Origin: Dehalococcoidia bacterium
GTDB taxonomy: Bacteria > Chloroflexota > Dehalococcoidia > UBA2979
Reading direction: 5' to 3'
Length of the DNA stretch: 64,000 nt
Assembly (NCBI GenBank): GCA_020634075.1
Contig: JACKCJ010000013.1
Span: forward strand, 3,298 to 67,297
Position numbers and translations under genes: made by a program. Below the pieces are notes generated by a model. It was not told the DNA's origin. It saw only the letters and a program-made list of their open reading frames with translations, and did no database searches. This document shows, piece after piece, positions 55,925 to 64,000 of this stretch (position 1 is its first letter; each line of letters starts with the position of its first letter).

Positions 55925-57012
55925 GCGGCTGCCTCCCGTTCCGCCAGCTGGAGCACCAGCTCCGCGAGCCGCTTCGCGGCGTCGGGGCGTCCGATGGCAC
56001 GCATCCGTGCCCGCATCTCCTCGCGGCGTTCGCGGTCCTCGATGAGGCCGAGCACGAGCTGCCGGAGCGCGTCGATCTGGTCCTGCGGCAGGTGCACCGC
56101 CGCGCCGCGCGAGGCGAGGTACTCGGCGTTACGGGACTGGTCGGAGAAGGCGCCCGGGATCGCGACGACCGGGAGGCCACTCGCGGCGAGCTCGCCGAGC
56201 GTCGAAGCACCGGCGCGCATCACGGCGATGTCCGCGGCGGCCATGGCGTAGGCCATCTCCTCCGTGTAGTCGTGCAGGTGGTACCGCTGGCGGTAGCTCT
56301 CGGGGAGGTCCGCCGTCGCCTCGCGCACGCGCTCGAAGTCGCCGCGGCCGGTGACGTGGACGACCTGGGCGACGGTGAGCCACTCGGGCAGCGCGTCGAT
56401 GACCGCCTCGTTGATGGCGCGCGCGCCGAGCGACCCGCCGGCCACGAGGACCGTCGGGAGCTTCGGGTCGAGCTCGAAGCGCACCTGGCCTTCCTCGCGC
56501 GTCGCTTCCGAGAACTGGGCGCGCAGCGGGTAGCCGGTGACCACGGCCTTGCCGGGCGGGAACTCGTCCACCGCGGCGTCGACCGCGCAGGCGACCGTCG
56601 TGGCGTATCGGGCGAGGAACTTCACGGCCCAGCCGGGGTAGGCGTCAGGCAGGAAGACGATGAGCGGGACGCCGGCCTGCTTCGCCGCGCGGCCCACCGG
56701 CGCGGCGGCGTAGCCCCCGGTCGCGAAGAGGGCGCCCGGGCGGTCGGCCTCCAGCCAGCGTCGTGCGGTCCTCGAGCCCTGCCACAGCCGCCAGATGCCC
56801 TTCGCCAGCGCCACCGGCTTGCGGACGCGTACCTGCGAGGCGGGCACGGCGCGGAAGGCGATGCCCTCGCGCTGCGCGATCTCGTGCTCGGCGCCGCGCT
56901 CGGTGCCGTAGTAGGTCAGCTCGACATCCCCGAGGGCGCGCAGCTCCTCGGCCACCGCGATCGCGGGGTACACGTGGCCACCCGTCCCGCCGCCGGCGAG
57001 CGCGATCCTCAT
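55921..57012 (-). CDS. murG: Undecaprenyldiphospho-muramoylpentapeptide beta-N-acetylglucosaminyltransferase
   Basis: MRIALAGGGTGGHVYPAIAVAEEL is present. This is the last 363 codons of track ORF 55921-58485, whose upstream part is an off-frame read through ftsW. Confidence 0.92.
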   Translation of the reverse strand: MRIALAGGGTGGHVYPAIAVAEELRALGDVELTYYGTERGAEHEIAQREGIAFRAVPASQVRVRKPVALAKGIWRLWQGSRTARRWLEADRPGALFATGGYAAAPVGRAAKQAGVPLIVFLPDAYPGWAVKFLARYATTVACAVDAAVDEFPPGKAVVTGYPLRAQFSEATREEGQVRFELDPKLPTVLVAGGSLGARAINEAVIDALPEWLTVAQVVHVTGRGDFERVREATADLPESYRQRYHLHDYTEEMAYAMAAADIAVMRAGASTLGELAASGLPVVAIPGAFSDQSRNAEYLASRGAAVHLPQDQIDALRQLVLGLIEDRERREEMRARMRAIGRPDAAKRLAELVLQLAEREAAA

Positions 57013-58307
57013 CGCGAGCCTCCCTGCGCGGGGCGGCTCGAGGTCGGCCGGGCGGCTACCGGGCGAGACGCCGGGGTGCTCGGGCTGCTCGGTCGGCGGA
57101 CGCCGCGCACCTCGGCGGGCTGTTCGCCCTCGGCGGTGACGGTGTAGCGGGAGACGCCCAGGAGGACGCCCATCGCGAAGAACAGCGTGAGGAGGGCGGT
57201 GCCGCCGTACGAGACGAACGGCAGGGGGATGCCGGTCAGCGGCATCAGCCGGAGGACGCCGCCGACGTTGATCAGCATCTGGAAGGCAATCCACGCCCAG
57301 ATGCCCATCGCGATCAGGGAGCCGAACTGGGTGTCGGAGCGGCGCGCGACCAGCAGGATGCGCACGAGCATCACGAGGAACAGCAGCATCACGACGCTGA
57401 CGCCGATGTAGCCGAGCTCCTCGCCGATGATCGCGAGGATGCCGTCCGTGTGAGAACCGGGGACGTAGAAGAACTTCTGGCGCGAGACGCCCAGCCCGAG
57501 CCCGGTGAACCCTCCCGAGCCGAAGGCGACCAGCAGCTGGATGGCGTGGAAGCCCACGCCCGTCGGGTCCGACTCGGCGTCGAGGAACGCGGTGATGCGG
57601 TCCATCCGGTAGCCGCCGGTGAGGATCAGGACGAGCGTCGCGAACATGCCCGTGGCGGCGAGCACCATGACGTGGAACAGCCGCGCGCCGGCGACGAAGA
57701 ACAGCGTGCCGGTGATCGCCGCGACCATGATCGCGGTGCCGAGGTCCGGCTGCGCCATGATCAGCGCGCCGATGAGGCCCACCATGCCGACGAACGGCAG
57801 CACGCCGAGCGAGACGTCGTGGATGACCTCGCCCTTCGCGGAGAGCCACGCGGCCATGTAGACGAGCACGGCGAACTTGGCGAACTCGGACGGCTGCAGC
57901 GGCGGCAGGCCGCTCCCCAGCGAGATCCAGCGCTGCGCGCCGTTCGACTCGTGGCCGATCAGCAGCACCGCCATCAGCCCGACGAGCGAGAAGAGCATCA
58001 GCAGGGGGCTGAGCCCACGCAGCAGGTGATACGGGAACCGCATCGTCACGAACATCACGACGATGCCGACCACCAGGAACGCGCCCTGGCGCTTCACGAA
58101 GTAGTTGGGGTCGTCGAACTGCGCCTCGCCGAGGGCGTAGGACGCCGAGTACACGGCGATGAGCCCGATGACCGCGAGCACGAGGACCGTGGTCAGCAGC
58201 AGGTAGTCGGGCGCGTGGGCGCGCTGCTTCGACGGAGCCTGCTTGCTGCTCACGCTCGGCTTCGCGTTCGTCGCGGGCTTCAGCTTCGACCCGGGGAGGC
58301 GGCTCAT
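57009..58307 (-). CDS. ftsW: SEDS-family peptidoglycan polymerase FtsW
   Basis: Polytopic membrane protein carrying PSEFAKFA, FFYVPGSHTDGILAIIGEELG and PLPFVSYGGTA. The start is set at ATG 58307, which overlaps the murD stop. Confidence 0.9.
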   Translation of the reverse strand: MSRLPGSKLKPATNAKPSVSSKQAPSKQRAHAPDYLLLTTVLVLAVIGLIAVYSASYALGEAQFDDPNYFVKRQGAFLVVGIVVMFVTMRFPYHLLRGLSPLLMLFSLVGLMAVLLIGHESNGAQRWISLGSGLPPLQPSEFAKFAVLVYMAAWLSAKGEVIHDVSLGVLPFVGMVGLIGALIMAQPDLGTAIMVAAITGTLFFVAGARLFHVMVLAATGMFATLVLILTGGYRMDRITAFLDAESDPTGVGFHAIQLLVAFGSGGFTGLGLGVSRQKFFYVPGSHTDGILAIIGEELGYIGVSVVMLLFLVMLVRILLVARRSDTQFGSLIAMGIWAWIAFQMLINVGGVLRLMPLTGIPLPFVSYGGTALLTLFFAMGVLLGVSRYTVTAEGEQPAEVRGVRRPSSPSTPASRPVAARPTSSRPAQGGSR

Positions 58308-59683
58308 CGCAGCGCCTCCACCGCCGCGCGGAAGGCGGCGCCCCGGATCTCGAAGTTGCGGTACTGGTCGAACGAGGTGGCTGCCGGCGAGAACAGGACG
58401 ATGTCGCCGTTCCGTGCGAGGCGGTGCGCCGCGCGCACAGCCTCGTCGACGGTCTCGACTTCCTCGACGCTCCCGAGGCCGGCATCTCGCACGGCGCGGG
58501 CGTACATCGGGCCGGACTCGCCGAAGGTCACAACGGCCCGGCAGCGCGTGGCGCACTCGCGCGCCATCTCCTCGACGGGCAGCTGCTTGTCGCGGCCCCC
58601 GAGGAGAAGCACGACCGGCTCCGCAAAGGAGCGGAGGCCCGCCAGCGTGCGCTCCGGGGCGGTCGCGATGGAGTCGTTGATGTAGGTGACGCCCTCGATC
58701 GTCGCGACCGGCTCCAGCCGGTGCGGCACGCCCGTGAACTCGCGCGCGGTCGTGCGCGCCGAGTCGAGCGAGACGCCGAGCTGCGTGGCGACCGCGACGG
58801 CCGAGAGGAAGTTCTCGACGTTGTGATCGCCGCGGAGGGCGAGGTCGTGGCGGTCGATGACGGCCGTCGACGCTCCGCCGCTCACCGTCACGACGGTGTC
58901 GCCCTCGAGCTTCACGCCGTCGCCACTGAGGCCGTCGCCGTCGAGCGTGCCGCGCATGGACGTGCCAACGATCCGCGCGGGCGTCGCGTTGACGAACCCG
59001 TGCGCGACCTGGTTGTCCAGGTTCAGGACGGCGGTGTCCTCGGCGCGTTGGAACTGCACGATCCGGCGCTTCAGGCCGACGTAGTCGTCCCAGGAGAAGC
59101 GGTCGAGGTGGTTCGGCGTCACGTTCGTCACGCAGGCGACGTGAGGGCTCACCTGCACGCGGTCGAGCTGCGTGTGCGACATCTCGACGACCACGCGGGT
59201 GTCGGGCTCGATCTGCGGAAGCAGTGAGAGCAGGCCGATGCCGATGTTGCCGCCCATCACGTGCGGCAGCCCTTCGTCCTGGAGCATCGAAGCGACGAGG
59301 GCCGTCGTCGTGGTCTTGCCGGCTGAGCCGGTGATGCCGGTGACCGGGGCGGGGCAGCGCTCCATGAACAGGCCGAGCATCGTGGACACAGGGACCCCAG
59401 CCTCGGTCGCGGCTGCGACCGCCGGGTTATCGGACGGCACTCCCTGTGAGACGAGCACGACGTCAGCGTTCCTCGCGTCCTCCGGCCGGTTGGCTCCCAG
59501 CGACAGTTGCGCGTCCGTGCCGGCGATGGCCTCGATGGCTTCGCGCAGCTCGTTCTCGTCCCGGCGGTCGGACACGGTCACGCGAGCGCCCTCGGCCGCC
59601 GCGAAGCGGACGAGGTCGATCCCCTCGATCCCGAGCCCGATCACCGTCACACGCGCTCCCCGCAGGTTCTGCGTAACTGTCAT
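58304..59683 (-). CDS. murD: UDP-N-acetylmuramoylalanine--D-glutamate ligase
   Basis: VTVIGLGIEGIDL forms a Rossmann motif, and GITGSAGKTTTTAL is present. The start is set at ATG 59683. Confidence 0.92.
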   Translation of the reverse strand: MTVTQNLRGARVTVIGLGIEGIDLVRFAAAEGARVTVSDRRDENELREAIEAIAGTDAQLSLGANRPEDARNADVVLVSQGVPSDNPAVAAATEAGVPVSTMLGLFMERCPAPVTGITGSAGKTTTTALVASMLQDEGLPHVMGGNIGIGLLSLLPQIEPDTRVVVEMSHTQLDRVQVSPHVACVTNVTPNHLDRFSWDDYVGLKRRIVQFQRAEDTAVLNLDNQVAHGFVNATPARIVGTSMRGTLDGDGLSGDGVKLEGDTVVTVSGGASTAVIDRHDLALRGDHNVENFLSAVAVATQLGVSLDSARTTAREFTGVPHRLEPVATIEGVTYINDSIATAPERTLAGLRSFAEPVVLLLGGRDKQLPVEEMARECATRCRAVVTFGESGPMYARAVRDAGLGSVEEVETVDEAVRAAHRLARNGDIVLFSPAATSFDQYRNFEIRGAAFRAAVEALR

Positions 59684-59828
59684 AGCGGGTAAGCCGAATT
59701 TATCAACACGGTATAGCACACCCGTGCGTCCGCAAACAGCACCCGTCCGCGCGTAAACGTCGAGGACCTTCGGGCGAACCTCGGCAGCGCTGCCGTATTC
59801 GCGATCCGAGCTGCGCGGTTTGCACAGG

Positions 59829-60815
59829 TCATACGGACAGCGCCAATGCGACGCCGACCATCGCGGAGGCGATGCCGACGAGGTACAGCCGCATCACCAC
59901 CTGGGGCTCCGACCAGCCGATCAGCTCGAGGTGGTGATGGAGCGGCGCCTTCCGGAAGAGGCGGCGGCCGCCGGAGGTCTTGAAGTAGGCGACCTGGAGC
60001 ACGTCCGACATCGCCTCCGCGACGAAGACCGCGCCGATCACGGGCAGGAGCAGCCAGTGGCCGGTCATCAGGCCCACCGTCGCCAGGGCGGCTCCCAGCG
60101 GGAGCGCGCCGGTGTCGCCCATGAAGACGGACGCGGGGTGGGCGTTGAACCAGAGGAAGCCGAGCAGGGCGCCGACCACGGTGAAGCAGAACACCGCGAG
60201 GAAGTCCTGGCCCTGCCAGAACGCGATCACGCCGTAGGCGCCGAAGGCGAACGCGGCGAGTCCGCCGAGCAGGCCGTCCAGGCCATCGGTGACGGCGACG
60301 GCCGTGGTGCCGGCGAAGACGACCACGAACGCGATCAGGATGTAGACATAACCGAGGTCGAACTGGCCGGCCCACGGGATGTTGATGCTTTGTGCATCGA
60401 GGCCCCAGTACATCGTCCCGGCCACCACGGCCGCGAGGATCGCGATGAGCACGAACTTCAGCCGCCACGTCAGGCCGCGGTAGGGCCCGCCGACCAGCGA
60501 GCCGAGGTCGTCCCAGTAGCCGACGAGCGTCATCGAGATGACCACGGCGGTGGGGAGGAGCATCGAGCGGCGCTCGAAGACGATGCTCCCGTCGCGCCAC
60601 TCGAACATGTTCGTGAGCAGGGTGACCACGGCGACGGTCGCCCAGATGAAGATGCCGCCCATCGTCGGCGTGCCGGCCTTGATCATGTGGGAGGACGGCT
60701 GGTCCTCCGAGATCGCCTTGCCGACCTTCTTCGAGCGCAGCCACGCCACGGTCGGCTTCCCGAGGGCGAGCGCGAGCAGGAAGGCGCCTCCGCCGGACAG
60801 CAGGGCTTCGATCAT
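59829..60815 (-). CDS. mraY: Phospho-N-acetylmuramoyl-pentapeptide transferase
   Basis: KAGTPTMGGI, NAVNLTDGLDGL-like VTDGLDGL and HHHLELIGW are present. This is the last 328 codons of track ORF 59829-61940. Confidence 0.93.
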   Translation of the reverse strand: MIEALLSGGGAFLLALALGKPTVAWLRSKKVGKAISEDQPSSHMIKAGTPTMGGIFIWATVAVVTLLTNMFEWRDGSIVFERRSMLLPTAVVISMTLVGYWDDLGSLVGGPYRGLTWRLKFVLIAILAAVVAGTMYWGLDAQSINIPWAGQFDLGYVYILIAFVVVFAGTTAVAVTDGLDGLLGGLAAFAFGAYGVIAFWQGQDFLAVFCFTVVGALLGFLWFNAHPASVFMGDTGALPLGAALATVGLMTGHWLLLPVIGAVFVAEAMSDVLQVAYFKTSGGRRLFRKAPLHHHLELIGWSEPQVVMRLYLVGIASAMVGVALALSV

Positions 60816-62251
60816 GACTCGGTCTCCCTCGCGGACTCGCCCCCCGGCGCTGTCGTCGCTGCCTCGGACTCGGCCTCGAACGTCGCGACGACGGACTCCA
60901 GGCCGAGGGCGTGCGAGCCCTTGATGAGCACCGCGTCGCCGGGACGCACGAGGGCGTGCAGGAGCGCCGCGGCCTCCTCGCGGGAGGAGGCGTGATGGAC
61001 CTCGCCGTGGCCGGTCCGCTGCGCGGTCGTGCCGAGGAGTCGCGCGTTGTCGCCCAGCGTCACGAGCGCGTCGAGGACCTCGCCGGCGCGTTCGCCGACG
61101 CGCTCGTGCTCGTACCGGGATGCGTCGCCCAGCTCGAGCATGTCGCCCAGCAGCGCGACGTGGCGCCCCGGCATCTCGTCGAGGAGGTCGAGCGCGGCCA
61201 GCATCGAGGCGGGCTGCGCGTTGTAGGTGTCGTCCACGATGCGTGTGCCGTCCGCGAGGGGGACGACGCGCATCCGGGTGGGCACATCGAGCGCTTCGAT
61301 CGCCTCGGCGACCGCGCGGAGCGACATGCCGTCCGCGAGCCCCGCCGCGGCAGCGGCGAGGACATTCGAGACGAGGTGCGCGCCGGGCAGCCGCACGTGC
61401 AGCCGCCGCGATTCGCCTCGGAACTCCAGCGTGAAGCGGAAGCCCTCGGCGCCCAGCGATTCCACGTCGCTGCCGCGCACATCGGCGCCGGCGCCGAGGC
61501 CGAACCAGACGACCTTCGCCTTCGTGTGGGACGCCATCGCCTTCACGAGCGGGTCGTCGATGTTCAGGACGGCGAAGCCGTCCGCCGGCAGGGCATCGGG
61601 CAGCTCGCGCTTGGCGAGCGCGATCGCTTCGATCGAGCCGGCGCGCTCGAGGTGCGTCGGGCCGACGTTCAGCACGATGCCCGTCCGCGGCTTCGCCCAG
61701 CGGCAGAGCGTGGCGATCTCGCCGCGCGTGTACATGCCCATCTCGATGACGGCGCGCTGCGTGCCGGGCCGCAGCTCGATCAGGCAGAGCGGCACCGAGA
61801 TCTCGTTGTTGTAGTTGAGCGGGTTGGCCTGCACGCGGAATCCGCGGCCGAGCACGGCGGCGGTGATCGCCTTCGTGGTGGTCTTGCCGACCGAGCCGGT
61901 GATGCCCACCACCTCGAGGTCGGGCAGGGCGTCGCGCCACGCGACGCCGAGCGCCTGAAGTGAGGCAAGCGTGTCGTCCACGAGGAACACCGGGACGCCC
62001 TCGACATCGGGCAGATCACGGCTGGCCAGGACGCCGCGAGCCCCGGCGGCGACGGCCGTCGCGGCGTAGTCGTGGCCGTCGACACGCTCGCCCGGCAGGG
62101 CGACGAACAGGTCGCCCGGAGCCGTCTGTCGCGAGTCGATCACGGCGCGCGTGAACTCGTCGTTGTGGACAGTTGAAGGATCCACCGGACGCCTCAACCG
62201 CGGCCCCAGGGCCGCGGTGATGAATTCGACGTCGAAGCGGGGCGCGCTCAT
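60812..62251 (-). CDS. murF: UDP-N-acetylmuramoyl-tripeptide--D-alanyl-D-alanine ligase
   Basis: The MurF-type motifs DSRQTAPGDLFVALPGERVDGHDY, GITGSVGKTTTK, NYNNEISVP and DDTYNAQPASM are present. There is no MurE-type DNPR motif. Confidence 0.9.
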   Translation of the reverse strand: MSAPRFDVEFITAALGPRLRRPVDPSTVHNDEFTRAVIDSRQTAPGDLFVALPGERVDGHDYAATAVAAGARGVLASRDLPDVEGVPVFLVDDTLASLQALGVAWRDALPDLEVVGITGSVGKTTTKAITAAVLGRGFRVQANPLNYNNEISVPLCLIELRPGTQRAVIEMGMYTRGEIATLCRWAKPRTGIVLNVGPTHLERAGSIEAIALAKRELPDALPADGFAVLNIDDPLVKAMASHTKAKVVWFGLGAGADVRGSDVESLGAEGFRFTLEFRGESRRLHVRLPGAHLVSNVLAAAAAGLADGMSLRAVAEAIEALDVPTRMRVVPLADGTRIVDDTYNAQPASMLAALDLLDEMPGRHVALLGDMLELGDASRYEHERVGERAGEVLDALVTLGDNARLLGTTAQRTGHGEVHHASSREEAAALLHALVRPGDAVLIKGSHALGLESVVATFEAESEAATTAPGGESARETES

Positions 62252-63984
62252 GGTTGCGACACCAGTGGGTCGCTGGGCGGGACGCGCAGGTAGTCCATGA
62301 TCTTCGCGGCGAGGTCAGAGAAGACCGGCGCGGCGACCTGGCCGCCGAGGTTCAACCCGCCGCTGGGCTGGTCGATCTTCACGAGCACGGAGATCTTCGG
62401 GTCGTTGTAGGGGATGAAGCCCGCGAACGATGCGATCGTGGAGTCGATGTCGTAGCCGGTGGGGATGGAGACGAGCGTCGTGCCGGTCTTGCCGGCGACT
62501 TCGTAGCCCGGGACCTGCGCGCCGTGGCCCCACGGCTGGCCCTCGACGACGTCGTGCATGAGGTCGTAGACGGTGCGCGCGGTCTCCTCGGTGACCACGC
62601 GACGCACCTCCACCGGCTCGTACGTGCGGACGTCGGTCGGCGTCACGACCTTGGAGACGATGTACGGGCGCATGAGGACCCCGCCGTTGGCGAACGTGTT
62701 CACCGCGGTCAGCATCTGCAGCGGCGTGACCGCGAGGCCCTGGCCGTAGGAGTTCGTCGCGAGGTCGACCGGGTACCAGTCCGGGCTCGCCGGGGTCCGG
62801 TACGTGCCTTCGCCCTCGCCGGACAGGCCGACGTGCGTCTGCTCGCCCAGGCCGAACTTCGCGAGGTACTTGTAGAAGTCGTCGGGGCCCACCATGTCCG
62901 CGAGCCACACCGAGCCGGTGTTCAGCGACGCCTGGAGGTACTCGCGGACGGTCGTGAGGCCGTGCGCGCTGAGGTCCCAGTTGCGGATCGTGTAACCGCC
63001 GTACTCGACGGCGCCGGTGTCGTCGTACGTGCTCTCCGGACCGACGAGCCCGAGGTCGATCGCGGTGGCCGTCGTGAGCGTCTTCAGGACGGAGCCCGGC
63101 TCGTAGAGGTCGGTCACCGCGTGGTTCTTCACCAGTTGGTCGAGGTTGGGGTCGTTGAGGTCGACGTGGTCGAGATCGACCGACGGGCTCGACGCCATCG
63201 CGAGGACCTCGCCGGTGTGCGGGTCCATGACGATGATCGAGCCGGACCGCGCGTTGTACTTCTCCAGCGCGGTCTTGAGCGCGTCCTCGACGATCGCCTG
63301 GATGAAGCGGTCGATGGTGAGCTGCACCTCGCCGCCGCTGATCGGCTCCTTGTAGTTCTGGCGGCTGAACGCGATCGGCCGGCCGAGGGCGTCCCGCTCC
63401 ATCGTCGTCCAGCCATCGTGGCCCTCGAGCGTGGAGTCGAAGTCGGACTCGATGCCCCACAGCCCCACGCCGTCGCGGCCCACGTAGCCGACGAGCGAGC
63501 CCGCGAGGTCGCCCTCCGGGTAGATGCGCTTCGAGGACGGCAGCAGGCGGACGCCCCAGAGGTCGAGGTCGTCCAGCACGAGGCCGCGCTCGTAGTCGAG
63601 CTGCCGGACGACGAGCGAGTCGCCGGTGTCGTACTCGGTGCCCGCGTCGAAGAGGTCGCCCGGGCTCATGCCGAGGAAGTCCGCGAGGCCGCTGGCGGAG
63701 CGGAGCGCCTTCTCACGGTCACGCCACAGGAAGCGGTCGATGTAGACATCCCACGTGTCCACCGAGGTGGCGAGCGGGTAGCCGGTCTTGTCGAGGATCG
63801 CGCCGCGCGGGGCCGGCAGTGTCGCCGCGCCCTGGCGGGTGGCGGCCGCCTGCTCCAGGTAGCCCTCGTGGTTGAGGATCTGCACCTGGTAGAGCCGCAC
63901 CATGACCGCGAGGATCGAGAGCAGCACGAGGCCGGCGAGCGTCCAGTGACGCCACGTGAGCTGATCCGTGCGCTTGCTCGTCAC
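62248..63984 (-). CDS. ftsI: Class B penicillin-binding protein (FtsI/PBP2-type transpeptidase)
   Basis: It has an N-terminal TM anchor and a dimerisation domain. The transpeptidase motifs are SVLK (SxxK), SLN (SxN) and KTGT. The start is a GTG at 63984. Confidence 0.88.
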   Translation of the reverse strand: MTSKRTDQLTWRHWTLAGLVLLSILAVMVRLYQVQILNHEGYLEQAAATRQGAATLPAPRGAILDKTGYPLATSVDTWDVYIDRFLWRDREKALRSASGLADFLGMSPGDLFDAGTEYDTGDSLVVRQLDYERGLVLDDLDLWGVRLLPSSKRIYPEGDLAGSLVGYVGRDGVGLWGIESDFDSTLEGHDGWTTMERDALGRPIAFSRQNYKEPISGGEVQLTIDRFIQAIVEDALKTALEKYNARSGSIIVMDPHTGEVLAMASSPSVDLDHVDLNDPNLDQLVKNHAVTDLYEPGSVLKTLTTATAIDLGLVGPESTYDDTGAVEYGGYTIRNWDLSAHGLTTVREYLQASLNTGSVWLADMVGPDDFYKYLAKFGLGEQTHVGLSGEGEGTYRTPASPDWYPVDLATNSYGQGLAVTPLQMLTAVNTFANGGVLMRPYIVSKVVTPTDVRTYEPVEVRRVVTEETARTVYDLMHDVVEGQPWGHGAQVPGYEVAGKTGTTLVSIPTGYDIDSTIASFAGFIPYNDPKISVLVKIDQPSGGLNLGGQVAAPVFSDLAAKIMDYLRVPPSDPLVSQP

Positions 63985-64000
63985 GTCCGGCCCTCACCCC

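Noticed and set aside
55921-58485. 854-aa minus-strand ORF (apparent giant MurG)
   Set aside because: The MurG homology starts at ATG 57012 (MRIALAGGGTGGH). Upstream, this frame runs through ftsW out of frame and reads as an Arg-rich sequence, whereas the ftsW frame has SEDS motifs.
59829-61940. 703-aa minus-strand ORF (apparent giant MraY)
   Set aside because: MraY begins at ATG 60815, which overlaps the murF stop. The upstream 375 codons are an off-frame read of murF.

Overview
This is a very GC-rich chromosomal segment (GC content judged by eye, not computed). I call about 64 protein genes and one tRNA. I found no rRNA, CRISPR array, transposase or integrase.

Gene content, left to right:
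- 1-10 kb: five MFS transporters are spread across the window, most of them here. They sit beside a DsbB/BdbC-MsrA-YHS redox group, an M20 dipeptidase, an enoyl-CoA hydratase and a HIBADH-type dehydrogenase.
- 10-15.3 kb: a minus-strand signalling cluster of a LuxR-type regulator, a soluble multi-PAS/GAF histidine kinase and a single-domain receiver. A sortase-like lipoprotein follows it.
- 15.4-19.9 kb: an aa3-type cytochrome c oxidase operon (subunits II, I, IV-like, III) plus a cupredoxin-like membrane protein and a universal stress protein.
- 19.9-30.7 kb: envelope and secreted proteins. These include an SH3b/3D-domain protein, a matrixin-like metalloprotease, a Pro/Thr-repeat stalk protein built on a 12/24-bp tandem DNA repeat, and UppS.
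- 30.7-34.1 kb: a class-II UvrA paralog with VOC and AraC genes.
- 34.3-36.4 kb: an orphan Tat-lipoprotein solute-binding protein and tRNA-Asp(GTC).
- 36.5-44.5 kb: a Zn-ribbon membrane protein, PHP phosphoesterase, rny, recX and recA (with a textbook SOS-boxed promoter), then DUF167, yggT, proC and yggS.
- 44.5-49.2 kb: an MBL hydrolase, vapBC with a 32-bp perfect palindrome, and nrdJ-nrdR.
- 49.4-64 kb: a dcw cluster in the order ftsI-murF-mraY-murD-ftsW-murG-murC-ddl-ftsQ-ftsA-ftsZ.

FtsA, RNase Y, a GAAC-N4-GTTC SOS box, BdbC-type DsbB and a sortase together suggest a high-GC monoderm-type lineage. Chloroflexota or a deep Actinomycetota branch are possible, and I cannot resolve this from the sequence alone.

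Nothing here resembles a recognisable new defence system. The most unusual items are:
- an in-frame, coding-looking extension of about 224 aa on the N terminus of FtsZ
- a dcw cluster with no murE between ftsI and murF
- a divergent secreted pair (SH3b, two uncharacterised repeats and a 3D domain, facing a matrixin-like protease) next to the hypervariable-looking PT-repeat protein
- a Cys-rich PAS-LuxR regulator facing the oxidase operon across a perfect inverted repeat
- a possible membrane-tethered RNA-decay module (rny, PHP, Zn-ribbon membrane protein)

All homology calls come from motifs read by eye in the supplied translations. No searches were run. Many long ORFs in the track are off-frame or antisense artefacts of GC-rich DNA, and I rejected them.
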